Assembly: GCA_965637545.1 (NCBI GenBank)
Contig: OZ281494.1
Coordinates: forward strand, 29,636,001 to 29,700,000
Reading direction: 5' to 3'
DNA: 64,000 bases
From: Phallusia mammillata
Lineage: Eukaryota
Shown piece by piece: positions 15,801-34,130 of the stretch; the first letter of the stretch is position 1, and each line of letters opens with the position of its first letter. The notes under the pieces were generated by a model. The model was not told the origin of the DNA and did not search any database. It was given only the letters and a program-made list of their open reading frames with translations. The position numbers and the translations under genes were made by a program.

Positions 15801-16816
15801 GGAACAGCAATAAATCGGCGCAATCCGGCCGTTCGTCCAAATCCAACCGTTCCTTGAGATCACAACATAGGAAGGTAAGGCAATGCATCACTTGCCATTT
15901 CCACGTTATAAGCAGTGAAAATGTCGCCCATGATTAATTTTGTGCCAAATTTCAATGTTGCAAATATATGTGCTTCTGTTCTGCTTCTGCTTTTCTGTGA
16001 GTTGGCCCATACAACGATTTTGATGTTACAAACAGTTTTAAATTACCGAAACCACAATGTCACCTGTAATTTCTGGCGATTTGGAAACGGAGTATCGTGT
16101 TTTGTAGCGTTGTATTCTGTAGTATGGAGAATTGAACATGAAATTGGGGTAACTAAAGATCACATTCCTATTACGTTGACTTGAAGGCTTCCGTTAATAT
16201 TAACTGGTTCATGGTCATAACACGTTAACACGCAAACATTCAGCGTGTTGCGTGAATCACCAGTAAATACGCGCGCACCACTTACACTTCAGCAAATGTT
16301 GTTGTTGTGTGCAACACACACATTTGATAGGACCAGAAAGAAAACCTTTTTACGTTAAATGTAACATATTTTGGCATGATATATTATCGAATTAGACCCG
16401 AAAGTTAGGTTGGCTGATTAAACCATTTTGACAGTTGGTCTGCGTAAAAATTAAATGCTCGACTGTGCAAAAAAAATTTATACCCTACGTCAGGTGTCCA
16501 AACTGTTTTTAATAGGAAGCATTTTTTATTGGGTGAAGACGGCCGCGGGCCACCTATTTTTGGCGTTTTCTTCGCATTTGGCTCGCGGCCCGCCCTTTGG
16601 ACACCCCTGCCCTATATGTAAATGCGCATTTCTGCAAAGAAAATCAATCTACAAATCTTTATTGTAGCCGAGTTGTCTAACTCAGGTCCCAACCCGGCTT
16701 ATCTTACACCATGGTATAGTGCAGTCGCGTTAACAACTTCTCAAACTGTTTATTTCTTGCAGGTAAAAGCGAAGGAGCTGGACGAAATATTGAAGAAGTA
16801 CAACTACTATCAGTGA
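819..16816 (+). CDS. PSKH1: Protein serine kinase H1-like (CAMK group), 5'-partial; exons 819-917, 1481-1792, 2832-2987, 5753-5898, 15763-15874, 16763-16816
   Basis: Spliced translation gives KEGRDVCDAELRVLRRVRHEYIVQLIEVFE / ATGGELFDRII / HRDLKPENLLYYHPGNDSK / DFGLAS / TTCGTPEYIAPE / PWPQVSQAAKDF / KNLHRSISTNLLKRASSR / VKAKELDEILKKYNYYQ*. This matches PSKH1 as I recall it, including its basic Ser-rich tail. All junctions are GT-AG with matching phases (292 aa in window). The N-terminal exons lie upstream of the window. Confidence 0.93.
10115..10168 (+). repeat. Diverged partial copy of the SINE body at 20100-20154
   Basis: CTGGGAATGCTTGGGAGACCGGCTTCACTCGGTAAAACGCCTTCAATGGGTCTG versus CTGGGAATACTTGGTAGACCGGCTTTATTCGGTATAACGCCTTTAATAGACCTG. 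Confidence 0.6.
16491..16609. mobile_element. Short degenerate hAT (Charlie/Buster-like) MITE
   Basis: Ends CAGGTGTCCAAA / TTTGGACACCCCTG. The flanking 8-mers CCCTACGT / CCCTATAT match at 6/8. Confidence 0.5.
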
Positions 16817-19800
16817 CAGCAACCTTTCGAATCCAAAGCTGAGCCTCGTTTTGGCTCCGCAATCATAACAACACGCACTGCCGTTGTCAAAACCCTCGCC
16901 CTGTCGACCCGCGCCGGATATTTGTCCAGCGAACCTCAACGTGACGTCACAAAGGCCCTGTGTGACGTCACCGCGCCCCGAAATGGACCCGAGTTGTTCC
17001 AGGCGGGTGCGAGTTGTCTTTGCTTCGCCGCGGAGATAAACTTTGTGTGGGACTCGGAGTCGTTTTGTCACTCGGCGATGCAGGCCACAAAAAACTTGAT
17101 CGCTTCAACGTTCGTGCATCGCTAAGCCTCAACTAAATACGAAGCTCGAGTATGTATAAGATTTTGGACCTATACACAAACTTTTGGTTAATCCGAATCC
17201 GTTTGGACCAAAAAAACTTGTCCGGATTAACCGATGTCGATTATTTAAAGCCTTACCACATTACAAATCATTTGTAACCCAATTTTTTTGTTAAATGTCC
17301 GAATTAGGCGAAGATCCGGATTAACCGAATTCGGTTTAACCGAGGTTAACTGTAATTGAAAATAAGAAAGGACAACTTTTTTGGGCTAACAATTGCCATG
17401 CTATATAATATAGTTCTCTTTCTGAAATAGTATTGCATTAAATCAAACATATGGTGCTATTGTGAGGCAAAACCAAGAAGTTCTTTTTCAAATCTACATA
17501 TTCTTTGTTTTTTCTTCGATTTTCTAATTTCCTTTTCATTGCCCTATTGTTACACAGGCTTAAATTTTGGGTTGTTTTGTTGGGTTTAGTATCAAGTTGT
17601 GTGGATCCAAGAAAATGTTAAAGCTCCTTAGCTCATACTTCATCAGAGCTTTAACATAACTTCGCTTTGTACGTTGGTTATACCGCACCACTCAAATCCT
17701 CTTTGTTTTTCAACAAACTGATCACGAAGTTTTACTGGGAAATTTTTCTCCGCAGCCAATACGCATAAACATTCTGCACAAAACACGCCTCATAGATTCT
17801 CCTATACATGACGTAATTATCTTAATTCGCAATTTATATTTATATCATTCGGTTATTTTGGGTCCGCAAAGTTGTTCAAAATATTCTAGTGCCTTGAAAT
17901 GAAAATAATGTGACCAAATCTAAACGTTTTAATACGGTTCTTTATGTAATGTTTGAATGGTAAAAAAAAATTAAAAATGACAATCAAAAAGCTCTGAAAT
18001 GAGTTTACTAAATGTTAACAGTGTCTATGTTATTTTTTCACCTCAATTGTACCTTCCAACGGTGCTTTTTCCAAATTTTGCATTTTTTTATTAACGTCAT
18101 GAACCGTTCGTGCGTCGGGGCATTTAAAGTGTGCTAGTCGATTCGGTTCTGGTCAGTGCTCCCAGGCGAGCTGTTATTTCCGTGCGGCAAAACAGACGTT
18201 GATAGCCCGCGGGCGTCGAGCAATCCGAGCATCCCTTTGGGCAATGCACGCCGCGGTCCGCAATCTCTTTGCGATCAGTGGTAAAGGCCTTTGTGCTCGT
18301 TTACCTGCTTAACAATCAGGCGAGCAAAGCAGCGCCTTGTCCATTTGGCACCTGTTATTTCAAAGCGGTAACAAAACAACATTTTTAGGCTCAACCAAAT
18401 AGCTTGACTTGTTTGTACAGCTGTTTTCGGGTTATGTGAAAAGCACGTTACTAAATTTGTGCCCGTTTTTTTCACCTTTTTCAATCCTTTTTGGTTGTCT
18501 TCCGCTAGCATTAGGTATTTAGGACTATTAACCCGACAAAATTCAGTTCTTTTTCGAATTGTCGCTTTTTAAAGGAGTTTGCTTATTTTAAAACCAACCA
18601 AAACCTATTTTATTGCGTCACATGAAATAGTGTGTGGCATCACTGGGCGAACTTGCGCCCTCTAGCGGATTTTTGTTAACACTGTGACAAACTTTTAACC
18701 TTATTTTTGTTTAATTCACCATACATTGCAACTTTTTCCCATTTTTTGAATTGTGTGCGAAATGTTACTTCTTTGATCGTGGCTTTTGACGACGCCGTTT
18801 TTAATGGAATTGGTACTTTTTATGTTATTCGTTTTTATGCTCTGGTAAAATTTAAAGCAATTTTAGTTATTTTAGTGGCTATTCATGGTCCATGTCCCGT
18901 TGAACAGCTTATAATTTGCTGACATCTTACGTTGGGGTTACTGCTCGCAAGAGCCTTCCATTTTGTACATCAAATCAAATCTTTTGTGTGTTCCTCTTTT
19001 ATAGGCTAATTCAATGATGACCCACGACATTTTCACACTTAGATGAACCCTCCCCAATGCGTATAAGCTACTAGAACATTGCAACTTATTCCAAGAACCT
19101 AGAAGGCTACGTAGTGAGACAGAATATGGTTCCTACTATTGCTCAATTTACATTTAGATGTTAAAAACAGCTTGTATTTATGGTTGAACTTCTAGTTAAC
19201 AGCTTAATGTTGTCCTTCTTGCTTCTATTGCATCGTTATATTTCCTCGTTATAATTTTGTTGTGTGCTTTCGAGTTTTTGACGGGCGCATCTCGCACGTT
19301 ATGCTGCAAAATAAACGTGTTCCGACGCCAAAAATCATGTTTTTTGACCAACTGGCTATAATTAACCCTGTTCATTTTTGTCCTAATGAACAACGACCTA
19401 CGAAATCGCTGTATCCTAAAAAAAAACATACATAAGATTTTATGCATAACAGCCTGCATACAATTAAAAGCTATGGCGGGACACTCAAGGCATTTACTTT
19501 GTAAAACCGATGCCCGTTGTTCTCCTATTGGTAAGCAAAAGATGGTTACGTTCTTAACGCATGAAGCTAACTGTAGGAAGAGTTTAACGGTTGAAGCAGC
19601 TTTCTGGGAGCAAACGGTTCCGTAATCAGTCGAAACCAAATTTTACCGTCGCTTTTATTTCAACTCAGTTACACAGAGTCACGTGACCGACAGACACAAC
19701 GTAAAGACAGTGATGCAAAAAAGGAGTAAAAGAGCCAGATCGCAAAATTACATTTGCTCCAACTTAGAAACCGCCGACCTGGCCTCCTTCGAACACAACA

Positions 19801-19869
19801 ACAAAAACCTATCCGATACCCGAACACCGTACATCTAAGGGCTCCCTGAAAGTGCCAAACTCGTGGTTT

Positions 19870-26662
<6,793 letters not shown>

Positions 26663-28165
26663 TTGTATTCGCAGAAAGAAATAGCAAATGCTTGCCTTAT
26701 TACTTTTCACGCATCAAACACGTAACGGGACAGACATTTGTCACATTTACTGTTTTAATTCACACATACATGTCTCAGGCGTAGAAAACTGAAAAGCAAA
26801 TCAAACAATGTAGACAATGTAAAAAAATGTCAAGCTTCAGTCATAACATAAATTTATAGCTTAAACGTTTGCATGCTAGAGTACAATCTAATGCTATACA
26901 TTTAAAATGAATGCTGTGAAAAAGTAGCATTTATAGCCTCTATCATGCAAGGAAAACAATCTTACTTATTGGTAAAACATTTTTTAAAGTGAACAATTGA
27001 AACAGACCACAGCATTTTTAATCAGTTTTTGTTTTCCAAAACCAAATGCCCTTTTACTAATTTTTAACCTAATATTTGTCCTTCATTGTGCAACCTTTAA
27101 CTGGCTGACGAAACAAAACGAAAGCGCTTTGGTATTTGCCTTAAAATAACGTTTTACATCACATCTCGTTTTCGTACATATTGCATCAGGCTAAGTAACA
27201 ACAGCAAAAGCATAAAGTAAGCTTAACTTACTATCTTTAAGCAGAAGGTTACGATTTACGAATCAAAAACCTAGCGTTACTGATGCGTAAAGAAACTTAC
27301 CCTTTGACCTCATGACGTGTGGTACATGAAATTGTGATGAAACAAAATTTCTACAGATGTATGCACAAAATTCGCCAATCAACCAACATAATAATGACAA
27401 GAAATGACAACAAAAAAACTAAAAATTTAATTAGTCATAAAGACATTAATTTACAACTGAAAGTGTAAAAAGTCGTGTAAACGTAGTCGTGTCCCAACAT
27501 TTGGTAATAAGCGGACATTTTTTGGAGAATCATCTGCATAACTCCGATAAAACTTGATGGAACTGGCTAATTACTAAAGCGCCGTGAAGTGATTGCAACT
27601 GGGGTTGCCTAAAGCGTAAGCGCAAATGCAGTTGTTTTAAACTGCAGGCGTTTTCAAAAAGTTAGTTGAAACCTGCCAATTGAAACCTTTATGAAACATT
27701 AGGTCGTATTGCTTACATCTTACAGCTCGAGTAGCAGGTTGTCATTGGTAGATGTTTTTTGTAAGCTGTTTTTTTCTACGTGTCGTGAAGTTCTTTAGGG
27801 TAAAGTAAATCTTTACAACTTATTTCGTTTTTAAACAATGTTAAATGTGTAATCAAAATGTTTCTAGGCTTCTCGTAATAAGGCAAGTTGGGTGCTAATG
27901 ATAAATCTTGTATTGTTATCAGCAAAACAAATGATGGCCACAGCTACTTTTTGCGGTTGTGCTCTGTCGTCAGCTTTGTTCAGCCACGCAACAAGGTAAA
28001 TATAAGCAAGCAGAGCCAGATAAGCGTACATCACAGCCGCAGACAAACAAGAACAATTTAAACAAGGCTTAAGACTCTTCTAGCCACCACATGTGACTTT
28101 GTTCAGTGCTGTTAACCTTGTACTAGTATGTGGATTGTACTGTTGCGTTTGTTTTGAAGGAAGCA
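26663..28165. promoter_or_regulatory. Divergent (head-to-head) upstream region shared by GTPBP1 and MCT paralog A
   Basis: Inferred only from the opposite orientation of the two start codons 1.5 kb apart. No TSS or motif was verified. Confidence 0.3.
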
Positions 28166-30324
28166 ATGGCAAATTGGAACAAAGTGGGGGTCGTTTGCGG
28201 TGTCTTTCTTACTAATTTTCTGGTCATTGGCCCTTTTAAGTCTATGGGAGTATACTTTTTGGTATTTCAATTGGATTTGGGTGCTAGTGCTCAGGAAGCT
28301 TCCATGGCATTGTCCATAATGTTTGGAACCTACTTTGCTGTGGGTGAGTGTCTGGATATAATTAGAAACTTGCATAACATATCTGCCTTAATATATAAGC
28401 TATTGCTGCCAAGCATAATATCAAGTTTATGGAGCTCTTCCGGCAATTGTATGTATATATTCCGACGTTTCGACGCCCTATACAGGTGGCCTTCATCAGG
28501 GTAAATAACACTAAATGCGCGTATTACAGTGCACGATATTCATTCGTTATCGCGCAGTGTTTTCGTTGCGTTGTGACGTTATTGCGTTTATTTCTGTTTC
28601 CTTTGTTTATCGTGCACTGTGCTACGCACATTCAGTGTTATTTACCCTGTATAGGACTTCGAAACGTCGGAATAAAAACATACAATTGCCAGAAGAGCTC
28701 TATAAACTTGATATTTGCCTCAAGTAACAATACTAGTCGTGCATGCAGCTGCAGATACAGATTTATGTGGCCACGCACTTGTGTATTAAAATGTTACATT
28801 GGCGGCTTTTTTGCAAGACATTTGTCTTGGTATGGGAAGGTTTTTATACGTATTGAGCGTTACGCTACGTCCGGTGTGAACGGGCCTTAAAGGTAGGCTA
28901 TTACAAGCCAAGTGCACACGCCAGACTTTTTACGCCAGACTTTTTGCGGTCCGATTGTGTGCGTAAAGTGCCAAAATTGTTACTTACAACATACTTTACA
29001 GGTCCATTGGTAACAGTCATGTGTTCATTCTTTGGTTACAAATCGACATGCTTGATCGGCATGACCTTAGCTGCACTTGGAGTATGCTTATCAAGCGCTG
29101 CACCGAGTATTGGATTCATATATGTGACAGTTGGGTTATGTCTTGGTAAGAAAATAAATAGTGGTTTAAAACCTGGCAAATCTGCAACTTTTTGTGTGCT
29201 GCTCTTTTACAGACACTGACAATGTTTTTATGGCTAAATTTGTCTCAAATAAAAGGCGCACAGATTGTAACCTGGAAAAAAATGTTTTCAAACTCGTGGT
29301 AAACTGCAATTGTTAAAATAACCCTTTCGCCTACATTGTGTATAGTCGCATTCTTTCCAAGCGTCATACTAATATTGACTTTTACATCTTTTGTGCAGGT
29401 TCTGGCGCATGTATGGCAGTTACACCAATGTATGCACTTGTGGGCCAACTGTTCACCGACAAACGACCTTTTGTGAACAACATTGTAACCCTAGGTAGTG
29501 CCGTTAGCAGCGTTCCTCTTAACTTACTGGCTCAAATATGGATTGATTCATACGGCTGGAGAGGATCACTGCTTCTAATGGGCGGCGTTGTGCTCAATGC
29601 ACTTCCAGCTATTCTGTTTACTATGAACGCTGCAAGTCGTTGTAATGCAAAACAAAAGGCTGGTCGGCGTAAAGTGTTCGACACGTCTTTGTTAAAGTCC
29701 TGTCCGTTTTTGTTGTATTGTGTAGCCAATGGGTTTTACATAGCAAATATGGTGCTAGTAGCGACTTATTTAATAAGATACGCACAATCACTGGGTATCG
29801 ACAACCTCGCAGCTGCTGGCCTGTCTTCTATAATGGCGGCTGTTGAAATTGTCCTTAGGCCGGTAAGTGGATATATGTCGAGCCTAAAAACTATTTGTTC
29901 ATTTCGTGTCAATAGATCTTACATTTTAGGTGGCGCAGCACTGTTACAGTCTATGTTTCTTTTCACTCTTCCGTTCGTCACTGATTATCTTGGTGTAGCG
30001 ATAGTTGTCGTGGCCTGCTCAGCATGCGTTGGTGCTGCTGGAGCGCTGCCTATTACTGTTCTTTCAGATCTTTTCGGTCCAGAAAAGTTGCCAACATCTT
30101 TGGGCATACGTACTTTTTCAATGGCGGCTCCTCCCTTAGTTGGAATAGCAGTGGACGCAACTGAAATGTTTAGTTTGCCCTTTTTCTTTAGTGCAGGATT
30201 TTCGCTTATAGCAGGCGTGTGTTTTGTCATAGTTGACCTTTGCGTCAAACCTCCAGAAGATAAAGAACAGGTTGTTGTTGAGGCTGAGACTAAACCACAA
30301 GACTCGCACGAAACCAAAACTTAA
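28166..30324 (+). CDS. SLC16/monocarboxylate transporter-like MFS protein, paralog A (415 aa); exons 28166-28343, 29002-29145, 29399-30324
   Basis: 12-TM MFS hydropathy pattern. MCT motifs GPFKSMGVYF, GPLVTVMCSFFGYK, FTDKRPFVNNIVTLGS, YGWRGSLLLMGGVVLN, VFDTSLLK and LSDLFGPEKL. The two phase-1 introns sit where vertebrate SLC16 genes have them. Confidence 0.9.
28417..28715. mobile_element. Foldback (inverted-repeat) element with a Penelope-type minimal hammerhead motif, in intron 1 of MCT paralog A
   Basis: Arms 28417-28538 and 28608-28715 are near-perfect reverse complements. The minus strand at about 28455-28510 reads CC-CUGAUGA-A-GGCC...GUC-GAAAC-GUC-GG. The plus arm lacks 14 nt including most of CUGAUGA. 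Confidence 0.7.
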
Positions 30325-31043
30325 CTTGAATTTCAACTTTGACAGCATGCAATACAAATAGGCTTTCGTGCAGTTATGTATGGTTAAGCATGTTAAATGC
30401 CAAGTTTACTTGTAAAAGTAGTCCATAATATAGCATGGTTTATGTCATTGTTGCGTATTCCAATCATCACTTCGGTAATTCCATTAGACATTAAACTATA
30501 ATGTTGTAAGACATACGATTTTTTTACCATGAGTTTCTATGTACCTACGAAGTCACCAATCTTTTCTGTAAACCTGAAGCGACGTTTCGGCTGCAAAGTA
30601 AGTCGGTTCGGGCTTTTCGGATCAAGTTCGCGCTTAATGCGGGCCCGACTCACACTTATCATTCTTTGTGCTGAAATTGTGTTGACTTCTGGGCCTAATT
30701 CGGGATTGGTCTTTACGACAAATCGTATCCAGGCCAGCAGGTTTCAAACTTGCATAATTGACCCATTGATTGTGCTTTTGTCACGTGTCTGTTCGTAAAA
30801 GGTTCTCAACAGAAAACACTTGCATCCAAAACACAAACTTTTTTTTATTTTTTAAAGCATAAAACTTGTCCGGATTTTTTAACACAGCTGAATTATAAAA
30901 AACACCAATTCAGGCAGCTATTGGGTCATTGACTGTAAAAAAAGCGTTTGTAGTGTTTCAACGAACACAAGCAGTCTGTAATGTAATGTCATTTTGAAGT
31001 CACAAACTCACAACACAGTCTAATGTAGCTCCACCACAGAAAC

Positions 31044-31233
31044 GGTAGAACTACTAACACTAAGCTTGCCTGGGAGTAGGTGGCGCAACAGAGCATAGGC
31101 GTTTATGGTGCTGACTCAGCAATTTGGGTTTATGGTAAGAATGATTGCTGAGTGAGCACCATAAACGCCTATGCTCCGTTGCGCCACCTACCAAACCGGG
31201 CGCAAGCCCAAGCTCAGTGTTAGTAGCTCTACC
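31044..31233. mobile_element. Mutator-like foldback MITE between convergent MCT paralogs A and B
   Basis: Almost the whole 190 bp is an inverted repeat (GGTAGAACTACTAACACT...GTAGGTGGCGCAAC...CAGCAAT and its reverse complement). It is flanked by a perfect 9-bp TSD CACAGAAAC. Confidence 0.8.
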
Positions 31234-31885
31234 CACAGAAACAGTACACCACATAGGAGCCATAGGAAAAAGTCTGGGATGTTTACCTGCAAACTAAAGT
31301 AAAAGGACAGAGCATAATCTTGCAGTGACAATTAGGAGTGACTCGTTCACGGCACAATTGATACTAAAATCTCATTTGGCCTTTTTGATGAAAGGTCAGA
31401 TCTGTAGATTTTGATTTGATTTTCAGAGGCCATTTATAGCGTATTTCTTTTCAAAATGGCAAGTCACTCGAGATGGTGAAACAAAAAATGTACTACACAC
31501 ATCTTCATTAAAATATAAGGTCTTGAAATTAATTTGAAGCAAAACTAAAACATATAAAAATAATAACATGACAATATTCTATTTCAATTGAGACTGTAAT
31601 AATGTGTTGAAGTCTATAGGCCAAGCTGCCAAGTTTGCAAAATCTACGAAATTTCCCTTTTGTATGCACTCCTGCCGCTGTCTTTGTATGATTTAAAATG
31701 AAAACTGAGGTTTGTACGATTGTTAGCATACTGCAATTTATTATTGTAGACCCTATGAGGAAAAGAATTAAAGTAAAAAAATAAACAACAAAAAATAAAC
31801 TTGGAAAGTGATTTGGAGCTAAACATCCACTGAAACTAAAACAAAAAATATATTGCGCAACAGTTTACAATAAACATTTACATTT

Positions 31886-33324
31886 TTAAGTTTTTGCTTC
31901 GTTTGACTCAATTACTTTTGTGTCAGAGTCGATCACGTCAGGTTTTCTGTCTTCTCGACTGCCCACACACAAATAAACCACGACAAAAAACACTGCAGCC
32001 ATGCACGATAAACTTGCAGCTAAGAAGAACGGTAAACTAAACGACCCAGTTGCATCCACTGCTATTCCAATTAGCGGTGGAGACGCCATTGAAAACGCTC
32101 CTATTACAAACGATCGTACACCCAAAGATGTTAGCAAATTTTCAGTGCCAAAAAGATCCGACAAAACGGTAATGGGCATTGCTCCTGAAATACCTAAACT
32201 TGCGGCGTAGACCACAACAACAACCACTACGCCAAGATAGTCGGTGGCAAAAGGAAGAGTAAAAACAGCAGTAGCCTGAATGACAAGAGTGACACTTAAA
32301 ATGTAAGATCTGTTGACAGGAAAAGGCCCAATAGTTTTGAGACTAACCATATAACCGCCCAAGGGCGAAAGAGCCATTGCAACTGCACCGATGATAGAAA
32401 TCAGTCCAGCTGCTGCGATGCTTTCGATTCCTTGCGATTGTGCATATCGTGTTAGGTAGGTGTTCACCAATACGATACTTGCGATGTACATACTACTGGC
32501 CAAACAATACAACAAGAATGAAAATGACCTCAATAAAGACGTGTCAAAAACTTTACGTTGAGACGTTGTTTCTTTCACGTTGCAGTGTTTTGCACCATTC
32601 ATCGTAAACAGAATAACTGGAAGTGTGTTAAGCACTGCGCCACCCATCAAAAGTAGCGAACCACGCCAGCCGTATGAATCAATCCATATTTGTGCAAGCA
32701 AGTTTAGAGGTATGCTGCTAACTGCGCTACCCAATGCTATGATGTTGTTTGCCAAAGGTCGTTTGTCGGAGAAAATCTGCCCGACAAGAGCAAACATTGT
32801 CGTGACCGCCATGCAGGAACCTGCACCTAAAACAAACAAAATTACTTAGTCAGTTGCTTAGCAGTAGTTTCATGAACAGTTTACTTACCCAGACATACCC
32901 CTAATGTCACGTACGTAAACTCAATGCTAGAAGAAATACTTGACAAACATACTCCAAGCGTTGCAATAACAGTGCCAATCAAACATGTCCATTTGTAGCC
33001 AAATACACAACACATTACAGATACCAAAGGACCTGAAACACGCGTACATAGTTGAACAATGTGATCCTCTGACATAACAAACGAATCTACAACGTTATAT
33101 GCTAAAAGAATAAGATCGTTTTTGTTAGTCTGCATATATCACTTACCAGTAAAAAAGTAAGTTCCGTACATTATCGAAATCACCATTGAAGCTTGTTTGG
33201 CGCTGGCGGCCAAATCCAGTTGAAACACCAAAAAGTAAACACCAAAAGCTTTCATTGGGCCTCCAATAAAGAAGTTGGTCAGAAAAGCCCCACAAGCAAC
33301 TTGTACCTTACACCATTTGGTCAT
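31886..33324 (-). CDS. SLC16/MCT-like paralog B (420 aa); exons 33324-33147, 33032-32889, 32826-31886
   Basis: Same 178/144-nt first exons and MCT motifs as paralog A (FSDKRPLANN, YGWRGSLLLMGG, LSDLFGTENL). Open frame, GT-AG junctions. Confidence 0.9.
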
Positions 33325-34130
33325 TGTTATTTCCACTGTAAACTTTGTCGTGCAGACAAAATATTCCAGTCAATTGAAGCTATGAAAAATCACAGCAATT
33401 ACACAATACAGAAATCTCGTGGAAGGCCAGAATAATGTTTATTGACGTTGATCCCAGCAAAAAGCCTTTTTCGCGTGTTGCTGCTGTGTCGTTTGCTTGC
33501 CTACTTCAAGACAGCAGTCAGCTGTGACAATCGCTGTGTTGCAAAACAACGGCAAGAACACAAACAGAATCGCAAGACTGTCTTGTAGTGCTCCCATGCA
33601 TTGTTATGAAACATTTAGGCAATTTAATAATAATTTTACCATTTACCGGGACTTCTCGGTGAGTAAATACGCGCCTCTATCATAAAGTATTCATAAAAAA
33701 CGTTGATAAAGTTTGTAAACCTGTAGAAGTGTCTAAAATGTCTCTGCCAGACCACTCTTGGGCAATATCCTGCCCTGCGGCCCAATCGTTGTGTGTGGTG
33801 CACTTTTTCTGTACAGTTTAATTTTCCTTAGCCTAATTAAATACCTCTTTCCAATGCTTGTCGTGTTTTTGTCCTAATACGCGAAATACAGTATTCGCCC
33901 TTCGCAAGCTGCATTAACGCTTTAGGCTCAAATACGGGTTTCCAACCAACATATAATTATTATAGTTAATATACGTCCTAGCGTCAAAGGATTGTATGTG
34001 GTTGCATTAAGAAATGTAATTGGATTATACGAAGTGTAAATGCAAAAGCTACAGTCGTTTTTACGCCTTTTTCATTGCGTTTGAACATGATTACAAAAAT
34101 GTAAGTTCAAAGTATAAGCTTTTAACAGTA

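Noticed and set aside
17170-17354. Pogo/Tigger-like right end (TCGGTTTAACCGAGGTTAACTGTA) with CCGGATTAACCGA repeats
   Set aside because: No matching left TIR could be located, so the boundaries are unsupported.
17600-17900. Possible GIY-YIG/retroelement coding relic on the minus strand (CIGESMRR...)
   Set aside because: The resemblance is weak and broken by stops. It would need tBLASTn or HMM support.
18100-18300. GC-richer segment between PSKH1 and GTPBP1 as a possible ncRNA
   Set aside because: No recognisable boxes, promoter elements or clear stable fold were seen by eye.
28861-28890. PIF/Harbinger-like end GGTGTGAACGGGCCT-TAA
   Set aside because: It is a solitary end with no partner TIR in the window.
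30578-30612. GCAGCCGAAACGTCG (minus strand), a Penelope-like hammerhead 3' half
   Set aside because: There is no CUGANGA upstream. At most a decayed remnant.
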